Made by a program: the position numbers and the translations under genes
Assembly: GCA_951406725.2 (NCBI GenBank)
Contig: OX597822.1
Span: 97,588,001-97,652,000 of the forward strand
DNA: 64,000 nt
Direction: 5' to 3'
From: Octopus vulgaris
Taxonomy: Eukaryota
In this document: piece after piece, positions 10,573 to 26,163 of the stretch
How positions within the stretch are numbered: the stretch's first letter is position 1
Layout: the number at the start of each line of letters is the position of its first letter
The notes under the pieces: model-generated
What the model was told of the DNA's origin: nothing
The model's input: only the letters and a program-made list of their open reading frames with translations
Database searches by the model: none

Positions 10573-12086
10573 GGAAAAAGGGGCATTAAATGATGATCAT
10601 GATTGGATATGTATTTGCACCCTCTCACATGTATACTTGCATATATAAACTCTTGCTACATTATATACACACATATGAAACAAACAAAATCTAAGTAGGT
10701 CGTTTCAAGGTCGATATTATAGTTTCAAATTTTCAAGCTAAAAGCAACAAAATTGTATAAAAAAATATCTTTAGATTTTCATGTTTTACACAGGGAATCT
10801 GGTTGTACTCAAGTTTTGGCATTAGTTACCAAAGCGTTTTACGGTTAATTATCACTGTATTTTAGTTTGAAGTATCTTATAACTAATTAGTTCATAAGAT
10901 TTACCTCACTTGACAGAATCTTTATTCTCTTATTCTCTTACTTGTTTCAGTTGTTTGACTGAAGCCATGCTGGAGCACCACCTTTAGTCGAACAAATCGA
11001 CCCCAGGACTTTGTAAGCCTAGTACTTATTCTATCGGTCTCTTTTGCCGAACCGCTAAGTTACTTTATGAAGTATTTTGAATTTCTAATGTGATCTCATC
11101 AAATACAGTTTATCTTTTTACAAGCTATACTCATGGACAGTCAAAATAAATACTGTATTTATGGCAGTTTCACAGTACTATTGCTGCTTTTAGTGTCCTA
11201 GCTACATACATTGTCATCTGGTACTTCCAGCTAGGTGGACTTTTTAGACACACAGCAATATTGCTAAGACTGAATTCAGAGTGTTGGTAGTTCTGTATTC
11301 TCTCAGCTGTGCTATCTGAAACTCTTTGATTTTTATATACTATGTTGATCCTTAGAATAAGACATCTGTTCATTTATGCTTGCCACTGTTTACCTAGCTG
11401 ACAAACAAGTTCTACAGCAACACTCCATGGCTGAGTGATTTTGCAGTATCAAATCCAGCCATCTATAAAATAAGCAGTATGAAATCAAGCCAACATATTA
11501 ACTCTACTTGCTAAAATAGCAGCTAATTCTTCCTCAAACCACAACCTATATATTGTAAAATGAAGGACATATGGGATAGTATAGTCCTTGATATACAAAA
11601 AAAAACTAAAAAAATAACAAGAGATCATCATAGCTGGAATGCCTTTTTTCATAGATCTGTTCAATCAGTACTAGCCTGGGGCTAAACAATGATAACAGCA
11701 AAAACACCAAATACTATACAATTATCTCTCAATTTAGAGACACTGTCTTTCAGCTGTATGAACTGAGAAATAGGTATATTGTAGAGATTAATACTTGGAT
11801 TGTGAATAAAGTTATTCTTGATCAATTAACATTCAATCATTAAACTATAAAACTCATCTGCATTGCAGTACTATTCAGCCAACAAACCTACTGGATTGGC
11901 AGAATTTTTATCAGATCTTTACATTCTGAGTTCAAATTCCACCACAGTCAGCTATGCATTTCAACATCCCAGGGTTCACAAAATATAGTGTTAATCAAGT
12001 ATCAGGGTCGATTTAATCAATTAACCCCTTTCCCCACCAAATTTCGGGTCTTGTGCCTATGTTAGAAATATTTATTATTATTATTA

Positions 12087-12121
<35 letters not shown>

Positions 12122-12833
12122 GTTATTATTATTATTACCTTTATGATGATGGATTGGCTGAATTGTTAGCACATCAGGCGAAACACCCTGTGGTATTTAT
12201 TCTGGCTCTCACATTCTGGGTTCAAATCCTGGTGAGGCCAACTTTACCTTTCATCTTTCCAACTTTGATAAAATAAAGTACCAGTCAAGTACTGAGTGAG
12301 GGTATTATATTCAACTAACCCCGGTTTACTAAATTTCAGTCCCTGTGCTTATATCATTACTTCTTGTAGTAGTAAGCAGAATATACCTGTTTACCAAAAT
12401 TTTGTTTGGACTTTGGAAATAGGAATTTCAGTCTCTGTAGATAATTACAGACAATATCTTTTATGGCATTTACTTTCTTACTACAGTTTTCTCTCCACAT
12501 ATATGTTTATTATTTCAACCATTTCCTTTCTTAATTTCTCAGCCTGAACAATTTAAACACAACTGCCACAGTGTCCAAGTTTTCTTACCTCTATCTTTCG
12601 TATATTTCTAAACCTAGCTCTTGGTACATTCTTAGTTTCTCTGGCTTTTTAATCTGGCAAGTTTTCTCATAGGACAGGTTATACCAGTGTTTCTTAATCA
12701 GGGCATTAGCACCCACTTAAAGGCATTATGAGCTCCAAAAGGAGCAGCTGATATCAAGGGGTTGCAGTGGATTGAATGGGGTTGCTGGGTGTTGAAAGAG
12801 GGTTGTAATTTTCCTTAGAAATATAATATTTAA

Positions 12834-13053
12834 CCCTTTTGTTACTGTATTTATTTTGAGATGTTCTGTGTTTCTTTAAATTACTTTAAATATAACCAAG
12901 AATTTAGTAAAATAACTTAGTTATCATTCAGTTAGTTTTAGGAACTTAAATTGTGACTAAGGTTTAGTGGAAGATTTTAATTCAAACCTTATGAAAATAA
13001 GACATTTATGCTCAGTGCCAGAGCCGGTTTCAGCCGGGTTGGTAACGAAAGGG
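12834..13053. mobile_element. piggyBac-like MITE
   Basis: TTAA|CCCTTTTGTTAC...GTAACGAAAGGG|TTAA; further copies at ~13865-14107, ~37045-37260 and 60591-60809. Confidence 0.8.
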
Positions 13054-13433
13054 TTAAGCCATGTACAAAATTTATGTTCTAAACATATTTTTTAAAAAAG
13101 AAAATCTTTGTTGGAATTACAATTCAAATAGAATATTGTTAGATCAGTGAGAAGAAATATGGCTAATGGTGTGCCAAAGACTAATATAATTTTATTATAT
13201 TAGTCTTCCTCTTTAGTAATTTCGATAAAAACTTTTACACAGAGGAACATTAATTAAAAAGACACACATGCTGGATGAGATAATATAAGGAAATAATAGT
13301 GCAGAATTAGCTTATGTTTGATTAAAATATCATAAATGGCGGTACCCCAGCATGGCCACAGCTCATTAGCTGAAACCTGAAACTGGAAAAATCAAAAAAA
13401 TCAAAATTTGTAAAATACTTTTCAGAGAAAACC

Positions 13434-13827
13434 ACAGGCTGTGTGGTAAGTAGCTTGCTTACGAACCACATGGTTCCGGGTTCAGTCCCACTGCGTGGCA
13501 CCTTGGGCAAGTGTCTTCTACTATAGCCTCGGGCCAACCAAAGCCTTGTGAGCAGATTTGGTAGATGGAAACTGAAAGAAGCCCGTGTGTGTGTGTGTGT
13601 GTGTATACGTTTATGAGTCTGTGTTTGTTCCCCCCGCCAACATCGCTTGACAACCGATGCTGGTGTGTTTACGTCCCCGTCACTTAGTGGTTTGGCAAGA
13701 GAGAACGTTAAAATAAGTACTAGAATGATTAGAATAAGTCCTGGGGTCGATTTGCTCGACTAAAAGGCGGTGCTCCAGCATGGCCGCAGTCAAATGACTG
13801 AAACAAGTAGTAAAAGAGCAAAGAGTT
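13434..13827 (+). mobile_element. tRNA-derived SINE family B (CORE-like CCTTGGGCAAGT block, internal (TG)n)
   Basis: A box-like TGGCTGTGTGG and B box-like GGTTCAGTCCC; many close copies in the window. Confidence 0.85.
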
Positions 13828-13864
13828 ATATCTTGTAATTTCTACCTACTTTTTTTATAATTAA

Positions 13865-14107
13865 TCTATGAAAATTAAGTTTAATTCTTTCGTTACTGTA
13901 TTTATTTTGAGATACTCTGTGTTTGTTTCAATTACTTTAAATATAACAAAGAATTTAGTAAAATAAATTAGTTATCATTAAGCTTAGTGTTAGGAACATA
14001 AATTGTAACCAAGGTTTGGTGGAAAATTTTAATTCAAAACTTGTGAAAACAAGACAATTTGTACTCAGAGCCAGAGCCGGGTTCAGCCGGGTTTGATAAC
14101 GAAAGGG
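13865..14107. mobile_element. piggyBac-like MITE copy
   Basis: Matches 12834-13053 and ends GAAAGGG|TTAA. Confidence 0.75.
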
Positions 14108-15039
14108 TTAACCTCCTGGCAGTGATAGATTTATGCATGTGCTGTACAAATCCTCAATTATTGAAGGTGCAGAGAATGATCAAAAGTTTTGCAGCTTATA
14201 TTTGTGTCTCTTTACATTCTACATTCAAATTCCACCTCAAACACATCCCAATCCAACCCCGCCCACCACGGTGCATTGTAATCCTAGCTTATTTCGTTGC
14301 TTATTTGCATGTTATTGCTTGTGCATAATAATTCTATTTATCAGTTTCACTTTGATCTGTGACAACTCTTTGATATTTCAAGAAAAATCTCATTTTGTTT
14401 GTTGTTTATTTATCCATACTATATTTTAAATGGTTGTTGTTTCCTTTCTGTGGTAGGGTACCAGAGGGGTTAAGTTTGTGAGGGTGAGGAAAAGAAGTAA
14501 AGGGGTTAAAAAAATCTCAGGTATTTTAAGGGATCTCATTATTATTACTTTCTTAACTTTCTTAAGCGAAATACTCTTTTGGGATTTTTTAAAAATTAAA
14601 TTTTTATTTTGATGGAGAAAGAAAGCTGTGGATGGAGGTGTGAATACAATTGTATGGATCAACCTCAGTATATTACTGGTATATATTTAATTTCTCTATG
14701 ATGGGAAAGAAAAAAAGTTGAAAGTCTACTCCCAGCAAGATTTTGAGTCCAGAAACATGAAGCCCTCTCAACCAAATTACAATAAACTGATTCTTTACCT
14801 TCTGTACGATATTAACTGCTCTGTTAAGGAACATGAGGCACAAGAGAAATAGGAACGAGAAGTTATGGCTTCATGCTGAGACAGGGGACAACTCATTACT
14901 GATCTGTTCCTCTATGTAAAAGAACAATTTAATATTGATCTGTGTTCTTTGACAAACAGATCAATCATCTGTGGTGTGAAACTTTAATATCAAGAGATCT
15001 GATTTCCTCTACACCAACATCAAGGAACAATGTTGCACT

Positions 15040-15070
15040 GTTGTTATTATTGTTGTTGTTATTGTTGTTG

Positions 15071-15145
<75 letters not shown>
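15040..15145. repeat. (TTG/TTA)n microsatellite
   Basis: Directly visible; source of the poly-Leu ORF. Confidence 0.95.
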
Positions 15146-18100
15146 GGGTGGTAGGTGGCAGAACCATCAGAGTGTCAGACAAAATACTGTTAATGTTTTT
15201 TATATTATGAATTCAAACCCTGCTGAGATCAACTTTTGCTTTTCATCCTTTCAGGATCAATAAAATAAAGTACTACCCATGTACTGGGGGTTGATATAAT
15301 TGACTAACCTGTGCCCCCAGGCTTAGTGCTTTTTATTAGAAATAATTATCATCGTTATTTTGTAACTTAGGCACAAGGTCTGAAATTTTGGAGGAGAGTG
15401 TTTAATCAATTAGATTCCCCCCCCCCCCCCCAAAAAATAAAATGGATGGAAAGAAAAACTTACTCTGGCAGGATTTGAACTCAGAATGTAAACAGTTGAA
15501 ACTAATACTACAAATCATTTTTTCCTGATGCTTTTTTTTTTTTTTTTGCTAATCTACCACCCTTATTATCACCATCAAGACACTGTACTATACGCTTCCT
15601 TTTTGGTAAGGATCTGGAATGCCTTTTGTATTGCTCAGATTCTGTGGATTATCAAGAATATTTTTTTTGAGTGGTTTTCTGATGCCTCAATAATAACCAA
15701 AGTTTTTATGAATCCACAGAATTTTACAAATTACTGAAATGGACAGTAGTAGAACAATTGCAGAATATTGAAGCATTGTGGGATTCCTGAGACAACATCA
15801 TATTATAATGTTCTAACCCTCTGTATATCTCTCACCCAACAATCAAGGGGTTAATTTTGTATTAGTATCACCATATCTTAGATATTGTCATATGTGATGT
15901 TATTTATCCAGACTTATTACTATAGGGCAGTTCTTGGTAATGATATTACTGAAACCTGAAGATTTGGTTGGAGCAATGGAGAGTTATCTAAATCATTTGC
16001 CCACCTCACCCACTGAGAGGTTTTGTCGCAAAGGGCCAAAAATTAGTTGCCCCTAAACAATTTGAATGGTTTTGTGTTATATATATATATATATATATAT
16101 ATGATATATGATATATAAATATATATTTAATCCATAATTGTGAGTCTGACAAAATATATTTCGTTCCATCAGAAGGCTTTATCAAGGATGAAACAAAATA
16201 TATTATGTCAGACTCTTGGTTATGGGTTGAATATCTTGGTTCTCAGATTTCTTGCTTTGAGTTCTTTATTCTAAGTGGCCTGACAATGTTCCATTGAACC
16301 TATCACTTCCACAAATATATATTATTTTATCAAAGCTGAAAAAAAACTTCAGCTTACATAACTTAGTATATATTGTATATATTTGTTTATTTATAAATGT
16401 ATGTGTATAAAGGTTTTACTGAGTCAAGTGTGTAGTTGTGATAATTTAAAATTTTGTGTGATTATGTTAGTGTTTTTTTCATGTGCCCTACTAATCAATT
16501 TCATGGCTGCCAAACTCTTCCACTTTGATTTATTTTCTTGTTTTCTTATAATTGTAATATCATTTATGCCTTTCACTGATATCAGTTTGATAATTTTTTT
16601 TTCCTCTTTCTTATAAATAATGACTATATATAGATATGTTAATGTTTGTTTTTTATGTGAGGCTATATATAAAAGCAGTTTAACATTAATCTGAAGAATA
16701 TCTCAATACTTTTTAGTAAGAGATCCTTTCTGAGTCATATAGTCTCATAGGGCTGGCTAACATGGTTTCTGTGGCACATGTATTCTGCCCTAGTCTTGGA
16801 CGGGATGCTGGGCCATCACTGGATTACTCATTTTTGCCTTCTGAGTGAGCTGGAGTAATGTGAAATGAAGTGTTTTGCTCAAGAACACAATAATCCAGGA
16901 ATTGAAATCACAATCTTACAATCATGAACCAAATACCCTAACCACTAAGCTACTCACCTCCACACTTTTTAGTAGAGTACATATTGAGTTTTGCAAGGAA
17001 AGGTTGACCGTGACCATGGACTTCTTTACTGCAGCCTTGGGTAGATCCAAACCTTTTGAGGAAACTTTGGTTGATGGAAACTGTAGAAGCCTTTCAGATG
17101 GTTTATAGCTGTAATTCAAAGATTCAGTATTGCCACACATTGTATCATGCTGATTCCACTTGAAAATTATGTAAAGGATACAAGTGTCTATGTAAAGGAT
17201 ACAAGTGAAAATTATGTAAAGGATACAAGTGTTTGCAATTTCATTGAGTAGTTCAACTAGTGTATCAAACAACTGTGGAAACTAGAGGAAACACCAAAAT
17301 GACTTCTGACATTTAGTTTTGCTTCTCTGTGTTCCAAGTTCAAACCCTTCTGAAATCAACTATGCATTTTATCTTTCTAGGAGAATTGGTAAAATGAAGT
17401 AGCAGTTAAGTACAAGCAGGAGGATGATAAAAGGAAGAACTAGTTAAGTACTGGGAGAGGATCGCTAAAATAAAGTACCAGTCAAGTGAGGGTATAAGGT
17501 TTATATAATAAAACACCAGTCATATGCAAAAGTATGAGTTGATAAAATGAAGAACCAATCAGATACAAGTGATTTGGTTAAGAGTGACCCTATCCATTCC
17601 CTGAACTTTGCCCAGTGCCTGTCTCAGAAAAGATTGTGACACATGGTGATGTATTAAGATTGAGAAAATTTAAACACTTATTCCCTAAGCTTTGAATACA
17701 AATATGGATTTTTATGAAGGATATTTGGATGTAACACTGAGTTAGCAAAGTAACTACATAGAAACGAAATTTTATTGCTTAATTCCAGTTGTTTAATTGT
17801 TTACAGCTATGAAGTGAATCTAGATCGAAGTTTAATTATTAAGTATTGACAGCCATGATTTTTGAAGGCCATGAGTAAAAAAAAAAACCTATTAATATAG
17901 TGATGTAATGTTAGGATTAAACCAATTCTTGAACATGTGTTCTAATTTAATATAGTTTTTCATTGGTATCTTAATTATTCCACATTCTAAAAATTAGGTG
18001 TTTTTTCCCCATGCCTAAAAACACCTCTGAGGAAGCGAATCTCTTCCTCAAATTGACTGAGACATAAACTGTACATTTTAGTTTCCTTCTCTTTCATTAA

Positions 18101-21100
18101 GGTATGCTTTACAAATGGGTTGGGTCACTCCTCTCACTCATTGTTATACATTATATACAACCATCAGCAACCATTGTAGATGAAATAGCAGCTATGGTTT
18201 TTTTTTTTCTTAAATTTCATGTTATATCTGAATTATTTCTTGTTGTGATATTAACTTTTTTTGATTATGTCTGTGTACTGTGATACATTTATCATGTGAT
18301 ATTGTTACAAAGTTGTATCTCTCTTCAGACTGTATCCACTTTTAAATCATGTATATATATATATGTGTGTGTGTGTGTGTATGTGTGTATATGAAAAAAA
18401 AACACACATACATATATATAAACTTACATATATAAATATACACACACACATATATATATAGTTTCGTCATTCTAGTCATATTTCATAATATTCATTCTTT
18501 TTTATTCTGTATACCATTATTCCTTGCTGTCTTTTAGCTACCAGAACTTATCAAGTTATTCCGTATTCATCTAACACCATCAAATACCCCATCCACTAAA
18601 AATAAATAATAAAAAAAGTCTAAAAAAAAATCACTCTTAATTATTATAAACAATGTTCATCCAAAAGAAAAAAAAAATGAGACAAAAAAGATTTTGTAGA
18701 TTCACAAATTATTAATCACACTTTATAATTGCAAAGTTTCAATCACTAATTACATTCAGTTCATAAGAATCAACTCTGGTAATCATTTCAATTAGTTAAT
18801 TGTTATATCTAATTGCTCACGTTTATCTTTCTCTATAACTAACTGTAAGTGAACTGCTTTCAATTGCCAATCACCCTTGGCTCTCAAGTTCGGGTCAAAC
18901 CTGACCAGTCAGAAGCAGATTTCTGCATAGAAATGGAACAATGAAAGCTAAACCAACAAAATCATGACTTGTTTCAATTCAACACACATTTCTTTTCTCC
19001 ATTGGAAATTACAGCAGCAGCAGCAATAATAATAATGATGATGATGATCATCTTCATCATCGTTTAACGTCCGTTTTCCATGCTAGCATGGGTTGGACGG
19101 TTCAACTGGAGTCTGGGAAGCCAGAAGGCTGCGCCAGGCCCAGTCTGATCTGACAGTGTTTCTACAGCTGGATGCCCTTCCTAACGCCAACCACTCCGTG
19201 AGTGTAGTCGGCACTTTTTACGTGCCACCTGCTGATAATAATGATAATAATAATAATAATAATAATGATGATGATAGTAAATTATTGAAAGCTTGTGGAT
19301 ATCTAAGGTTACATGTAGTAACCTGCAATCAACATAAATTCCACCTGGAATAAGAATAAACCTGAGTCAACTTGCATAATGATGATTATAATAATAATAA
19401 TAATAATAAAAATGATAATTACTTTTTAGACTTGAAACCTGATTATGATAACCGAATAATATGTTATCAATCTACTGAATCCTAAATATATTACTGGTAC
19501 TTTATATACCAACCCAACTTTAAATAAAATTTGAATTCAGAATACTCAGAAAATATTGACTGGACTCAATAAAAACCTTCAACAATAAATAAAAACAAAA
19601 CTTTTCTCTTTTCAGACCGGTGCTGGCCAATAATAACAATAATAATATTGATAACAAAAGTGGATTGTGTTTTGTTAAATATCAGTTTGAAAGTGCTTAA
19701 ATTATTTTGTCTGCCTAGCTGAGTAGATTTTTTTTTCTAATGCTAACCAAAACCACAGCCAAACTCGGATGTCTCCAATAACCTGCTGGTCTAATCCTTA
19801 TAATATCAGCCCATCTGAGATCACTCCTGGTTATATGATAATGTGATCTAAATCAAAACTTTATTTCATGCTAATTTGTTTAAAACACCATTTTCATAAT
19901 GATATGGTTATTTCACTAAATTCTTCATTATTTTTCAAAATTAATTGAAGCAAAAGTGATGCATTTTAAATAGGAATACAATAATGAAGGGGTGAAAACT
20001 GTTGTTATCTTACCAGTTATTTTATTAATATTTTGCTTTCTTTTTACACATTACTGTTTTAATTATCTACCATTAGCTGGCAGAATTATTAGCATGCTGG
20101 ACAGAACGGTTTGTGGTATTCCTCCTGGCTCGTCAGATTCTGAGTCAAAATCCCACTGCAGTCAACTTTGCCTTTCATCCTTTCGTGACCAATAAAATAA
20201 GTACCAGTTGATCTCTGGGGGTTGATGTAACTGACTCGTCCCCTCTTCTAACATTGGTGGCCTTGTGCCAAAGTTTGAAATCATTATTGTGAAAGACATA
20301 TTTGGAAATGAGACACAGCTAAGTGCTTTGCTTTTAATTTTGTGTGTATTTTTCTAGTTTGTGTTAGAAATTCCACATTTTAAAATAAGTGAACATGTTT
20401 TGATTCTCAAATCACAGGTTCAGTCTCCAGTACCTGTAGTATATAACTATTACAGCTATGTACACCTAGACATTCTGAGTTCAGTCCCAGGCTAGGTGCC
20501 TAGGTGAACCACAAGACACCTGAAGAAGGCTGGAGCATACACAGCTAAAACAGTGAAAACAACAATCAAAATAAGGACATCACCCCAATTAATGTAAACA
20601 CTGTACATTCTCCATCTTAGAAATTCCCCATCTTAGAAATATAGAATTGTATTATTACAGCTATTCTGTAATCTAAACTTCTGATCCATCATTAAGGTTG
20701 AACTTCTGTGTTTCATTCAAACAAAGAGGGGCTTGTTCACAACTGAAGTTTTGTTAACCTAGTCTTGTTTTGTTTTCTTGAAATGAAGTTCTCCTCAAAT
20801 TCCATAGAATTACTGAAGATGCTGGTACTTGAAAGGCATTTTTTTTTCTTTTGTAGTGGGTGGTCATTTGTTCATGTTAGGCATCTATGAGCAGCTCTAC
20901 CTTGTAACATCTTGCTCAGCTATAGGTTTCGATTTTCTCCCAGTAAAATTAATAAAACAGTTCTTAAGTATCATTAAGTGTCATTTTAAAAATCTGAATA
21001 ATTATTTAGACATTCATAGTTTTCCCAAACATTATTATAGTATTGCAGTTTACTTCTCTCACTCACTCTCTCTTTTATTTAAATTTTTTTTTTTGAAGTT

Positions 21101-23056
21101 TTAATTAATATCACATTATTGATATTTTAATTCTCAATTAATCATTTAATCAATAGGATGCAATCATTTGTTGTACAATTCTGTAATCTGAACCTCTGAT
21201 CCTTTCCATGATTAAAATTTCTCTAGCTGAAAAATAATTTTGACTACCATCCTTTTAAACAGTAGTCATCAGAATGAAGAAAAAAAAAATCAGTTAAACA
21301 GGTATTTGTGGGAGAGGAGGGGGAATTCTTTTTAGATTGTCAATCTTTTGGCAATCGTTTTTTTTTTTTCAATTCATGCAGTTTATATCTCCTGCTGCCT
21401 TGAAAGTTTTTGTTGAGGTTGGGGATTATACAGTTTTTTTTTTAAACGTAATAGATAACTGATGCCATCTAACTTGAAATGTGGGGGATTCTTGCCTATT
21501 TTAGAGGATGGACTAGAATTTCTTGATAGGCAGCCTTAATATATTCAGACACAATCTTGTTGTTGTTATTATTATTAAACATTTTATAAATACCTACATG
21601 TATGTTGTGCTTAGGTGTAAAAAGAGTAAAACTTAATGATTTGCTTGTGGTCTAACATAACCCTGCTTGTTATTTTAGCATTTAATACTAGAACAATAAA
21701 ACCTTTCTTTTTCCATTTCAAGAACAAAACAAAATAAAACTGAGAAAATTCAGACATATTAGTCATTGATAGAAGATTAATTGAAGAAAGTTTTGTTTAT
21801 TGTCAGTATCAGTAAAGCGACTCATTTCATTCTATTTATTAAAGAAACCATTTTATTTTCACTTTTGTTGTCTGAGAATTAAATGTTTTGAATATATACA
21901 ATCTTAGCATGATTGACTAGTTAAATACTGAGTTTTGTTTTCTGTTTCTAGGCTCAAGGATTTATTTGCAAGGGAGAAGGACTATAGTTGATTGACATAA
22001 TACCAGTATATTACTGGTACTTAATTTAGCAGCAAAAGAAGGGATGAAAGGCAAAGTCAACCTCAGCAGAATTTGAATTCAGAAATTTAAGTCCTGAAAC
22101 TCTACATTGTAATGCTTCAAATCTGACTTTTTTGTACCATCTCCACAATTTTTGAAATAATTATTAATAATAATTTGATCTGGTTGAATTTGTGTCCCTT
22201 CAACTGAATACAGTCTACTAAACAATTGCTATTTCTGAGCATGGTGACTATTCTACTCCAGGCATTCTATTGTGTCTCTCAGAAAGATAATTGGCCCTTG
22301 CTACATATGTGGAAGACAGCTTTAAGTCGAACTGAAGTGTTAATCTGTGATAGAGACTCACGTCCTATCCAAAGGGAAAATATTTGTCTCTCATCTATTT
22401 ATCACTGAAAAAAAAAATAAAATAAAAAATCAAGTACCAACCTTATGAACCCTAACTGCTGGGGGAAAGAAAAATAGAATTTACTACTTAAAAGTTTGCA
22501 AACTGAAAAATTTGGGGTGAAAAAGTAACGACTCATTTCAATGTTAAAATCAGACATCAAATATGTTAAAGCAGCAACCTAAAATAACATTTTTGAAGCT
22601 TAAGTTTAATTATTGAAACTATTGATATTAGCTGTATCACAATATTGTATTGGATTTGCTTTCTATTATAACCAACTAGGGAGTGTGAGAGACTTGACTA
22701 AATCTCTTGCTTGTATTTCTATGACTTACACTTTTTGTTAAGACTTGCATGATTTTTATGAAGGTTGAAATTGGAAATAGTTATGTTAAAGATTAACCTT
22801 CTCAAGTCCACAGTTGCTGGCAGCACTGTACAATGATATATAGTTTATTGAAACTGAATGTATATTTGGTTACTCAGGTTTCATGTCACTACAATCTTCG
22901 GGTGAGAACAGAAGTAAAAGAAGTGTAAAATTGTTCTCATATGAAGACTGCAGTGCCATGAAACTCCAGTCAAGATATAAACATTTAATATCAATAAACC
23001 ATAACATGTATTAAGCACTTTTTATCAGTCATTTGGCACACTACAACACGCTCATA

Positions 23057-23097
<41 letters not shown>

Positions 23098-23399
23098 ACT
23101 ATTCTAACTAAATCTTTTGAATAAATTAAAACTTTGAAGTCTGTTGCTGCTGACACTATTAAATTATGGCTACACTCTCTCTCAATATATATATATATAT
23201 AAACATACACACACACCACACACAACTTTTTAAACAGAATTTTCTGTTATTAACAATTTGAACCTCTTAAGTTTAGAAGTGATGGCAATCTCTCATTAAG
23301 GCTCATGTGACATGTAACTATCTTAATAAAAAAATCCTATCATTCTGTTAAGGCACAAACTAGAAGATTATGGAAAAACTGTTTATATATATTCTCACG

Positions 23400-23522
23400 C
23401 ACACATACATATATATATACATGCATACATATATGCATGTACATATGTGTATGTATATATGTATATATATCTATATGTATATATATCTATCTATATATGT
23501 ATATATATATATACATATATAT

Positions 23523-23566
<44 letters not shown>

Positions 23567-23614
23567 TATATGTGTGTATATATATATATATATACATACA
23601 CACATATATATATC

Positions 23615-23664
<50 letters not shown>

Positions 23665-23705
23665 TATATATCTGTATATATATAAATATATATGTATGTA
23701 TGTAT
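23400..23705. repeat. Degenerate (TA)n/(TATG)n microsatellite
   Basis: Directly visible. Confidence 0.95.
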
Positions 23706-24329
23706 ATTTCATATTCATTTTGCAGTTTCTGCTGTTGGTTTCTCTGGACTTGAAAAAGTAAATGGAAAAGATTTTTCACAAAGAACAAAACAAAAAAAAG
23801 AATGCAGATACCATTTTAAGAGGATTTTCATTTACCGATTATTTATTCCTCTCTGGTTCTTGGTACTGTTTGTTTTTACTTTTTAAGTTTAATTCTCAGA
23901 CCACTCCTGATTTTTCTCTCTGTCCTCCTCCCTCTACTATATTTACTGATTATCCAATTTCAGGTATTTCTCTCTTTCCCAAGCTCCAGCTCAATTTTTT
24001 TTTTTTGGCTTGGACGAAGAATAAATACTTCTCAACCGTTTATTTATTTTGTTTATTTGTTTAAATTATTGTTTTATTTTTTTTTTAATTTTCTAATTAT
24101 TTTTGTTTTCAATTATATATTTAAAAAATTTTTTTTCATTAAAATTTTTTTTTCACCAGAATATTATCTTTCCTTTAATATTTTTTTTCATTTAAATTAT
24201 TTCTCAAAACTGGACTCTAAATAGTTTTAGAAGCTGGATCAGGGTAAATACTTATTATTTGTATGTTTGTTATATTATTCTTACAGCTGTTACTTTGTTT
24301 AACAATATTGTTATATTTCTGTACATACA

Positions 24330-24364
<35 letters not shown>

Positions 24365-25000
24365 TTGAAAGTAATAAAGTGTTTATGCATATCTACCCAA
24401 AACACTTTATCAGTTTTTATTGTTTCAAGTTCAGTTGAATTCTTCATGTTTCTTCAAAATGATTTTGTCTTTAACTTTTTACAGACTATTTTGTTGATTA
24501 TGTGTTTCTCAAAACCACCATTTGCAATTAAGAATACAATGTCGTCATCACCACCATCGTCATTGTCATCATCGTTATCACTATCATTGATGTTTTTATA
24601 CCACTTTTCTTTTCCATACTGGTAATGACTTTAATAAAACTTATCAAGACAGTATTCAATGGCTGGATGCTCTTCCTCTTGCCAATGCTTACAGTTTTTC
24701 AGATGAGATATTTTTATTCCTCTGGTTTTCACATATTGAGCTGCTGGACCTTGTTTACAGAAGGTGTAAACCTATTGCTGTCTTCTAAATGGTGCCAATA
24801 TGAGACATTTAGAAACAAGCATTCACACACTCATACATACGTACACACACACACACACGACCATCTTTCCTACAATTTCTGTCTACTAATTTCACTCACA
24901 AGTCTGAGGAAAACATTTATCCCTGGTACTATGAAATGGGTTGGAAACCAAAACTACACAATTATGAAGTAAACTTTGTTACCATAGAGTCTGCCTGTTC

Positions 25001-25045
<45 letters not shown>

Positions 25046-25398
25046 CACACACACACACACATATATACACACACACATACACACACACACTTTCGTTCTC
25101 TCACACATATATCTCTTTTATAGGTTTGTCAAATGGATAGAATTGAGCATTACTTTTTCAGGGCCACCACTCCAGATTAATTAGATTGATGTGATCGATG
25201 TTCATCTTGAGCATCTCCATACCAATGGCTTCAGGAAAACATGACCAAGAAAGGAACCACTAAGTTTCTGATAACAAATGCTGACAGTAGTCTTTGCTAA
25301 GAGCTCCCAAGTATGAGCTAGTGATGTTTAATCAGGTGTTAAGCTTAAATTATTGCTAAAACAACAGTAGTCTCAGTTGTAATTTTTTTTATTAGTAA

Positions 25399-25746
25399 CT
25401 AGCACTATGACCCGGCAATGCCAGGTCATGGTGCTAGTGTGTGCGTGCACACATACACGCGAGTACTGTCCAAATCTCCGACCAATCACATACAGCTAGC
25501 TGGCATTCAATTGGCGTATCAAGTTTCGGGCATTTTGATTGGGTTTTGGATAGAAAATTCACAAAAAAGTCACTTCTATTGATTTTTTTTAATGGCTTTG
25601 TGGGGTGACTAGGGAAATGTAAAGATGTGCGCGATCACCCTTGGACGGTTTTGAATGACCATTGAAAGTGCGAGCCCTCTAACTGAAAAATTGTGGATTT
25701 GTATAAAGGACACACACACACAGACAGACATTTATATATATAGAGA
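25399..25746 (-). mobile_element. Non-autonomous Helitron
   Basis: The minus strand starts A|TCTCTATATATATAAATG and ends with hairpin GACCTGGCA-TTGCCGGGTC then CTAG|T. Confidence 0.8.
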
Positions 25747-25914
25747 TTGTTTATATATATAGAGATTGCTTTGTTGCCCATTGGAGTCACTGGCAATACA
25801 ATCATGGCAATGCTAAGGCAGATGATGTTTGGATTAAACTGAACTAATGCTAAATCGGTGATATCTCTAAACAAAGATTAACATGAAGGGAGTTCCAGAC
25901 AACTTGGTAACATG

Positions 25915-25963
25915 CTTATCTATCTATCTATCTATCTATCTATCTCCCTATCTATCTATCTAC

Positions 25964-26044
<81 letters not shown>

Positions 26045-26129
26045 CATCCATCCATCCATCCATCCATCCATCCACCCACCCAAACACACCCACCCACCCA
26101 CCCATCCATCCATCCATCCATCCATCCAT

Positions 26130-26160
<31 letters not shown>
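25915..26160. repeat. (TATC)n grading into (CATC)n and (TA)n
   Basis: Directly visible. Confidence 0.95.

Positions 26161-26163
<3 letters not shown>

Noticed and set aside
20515-20560. Hammerhead at CTGAAGAAGGCTG...CAGCTAAAAC
   Set aside because: The GAAA core is lost and helix I does not pair; at most a dead remnant.
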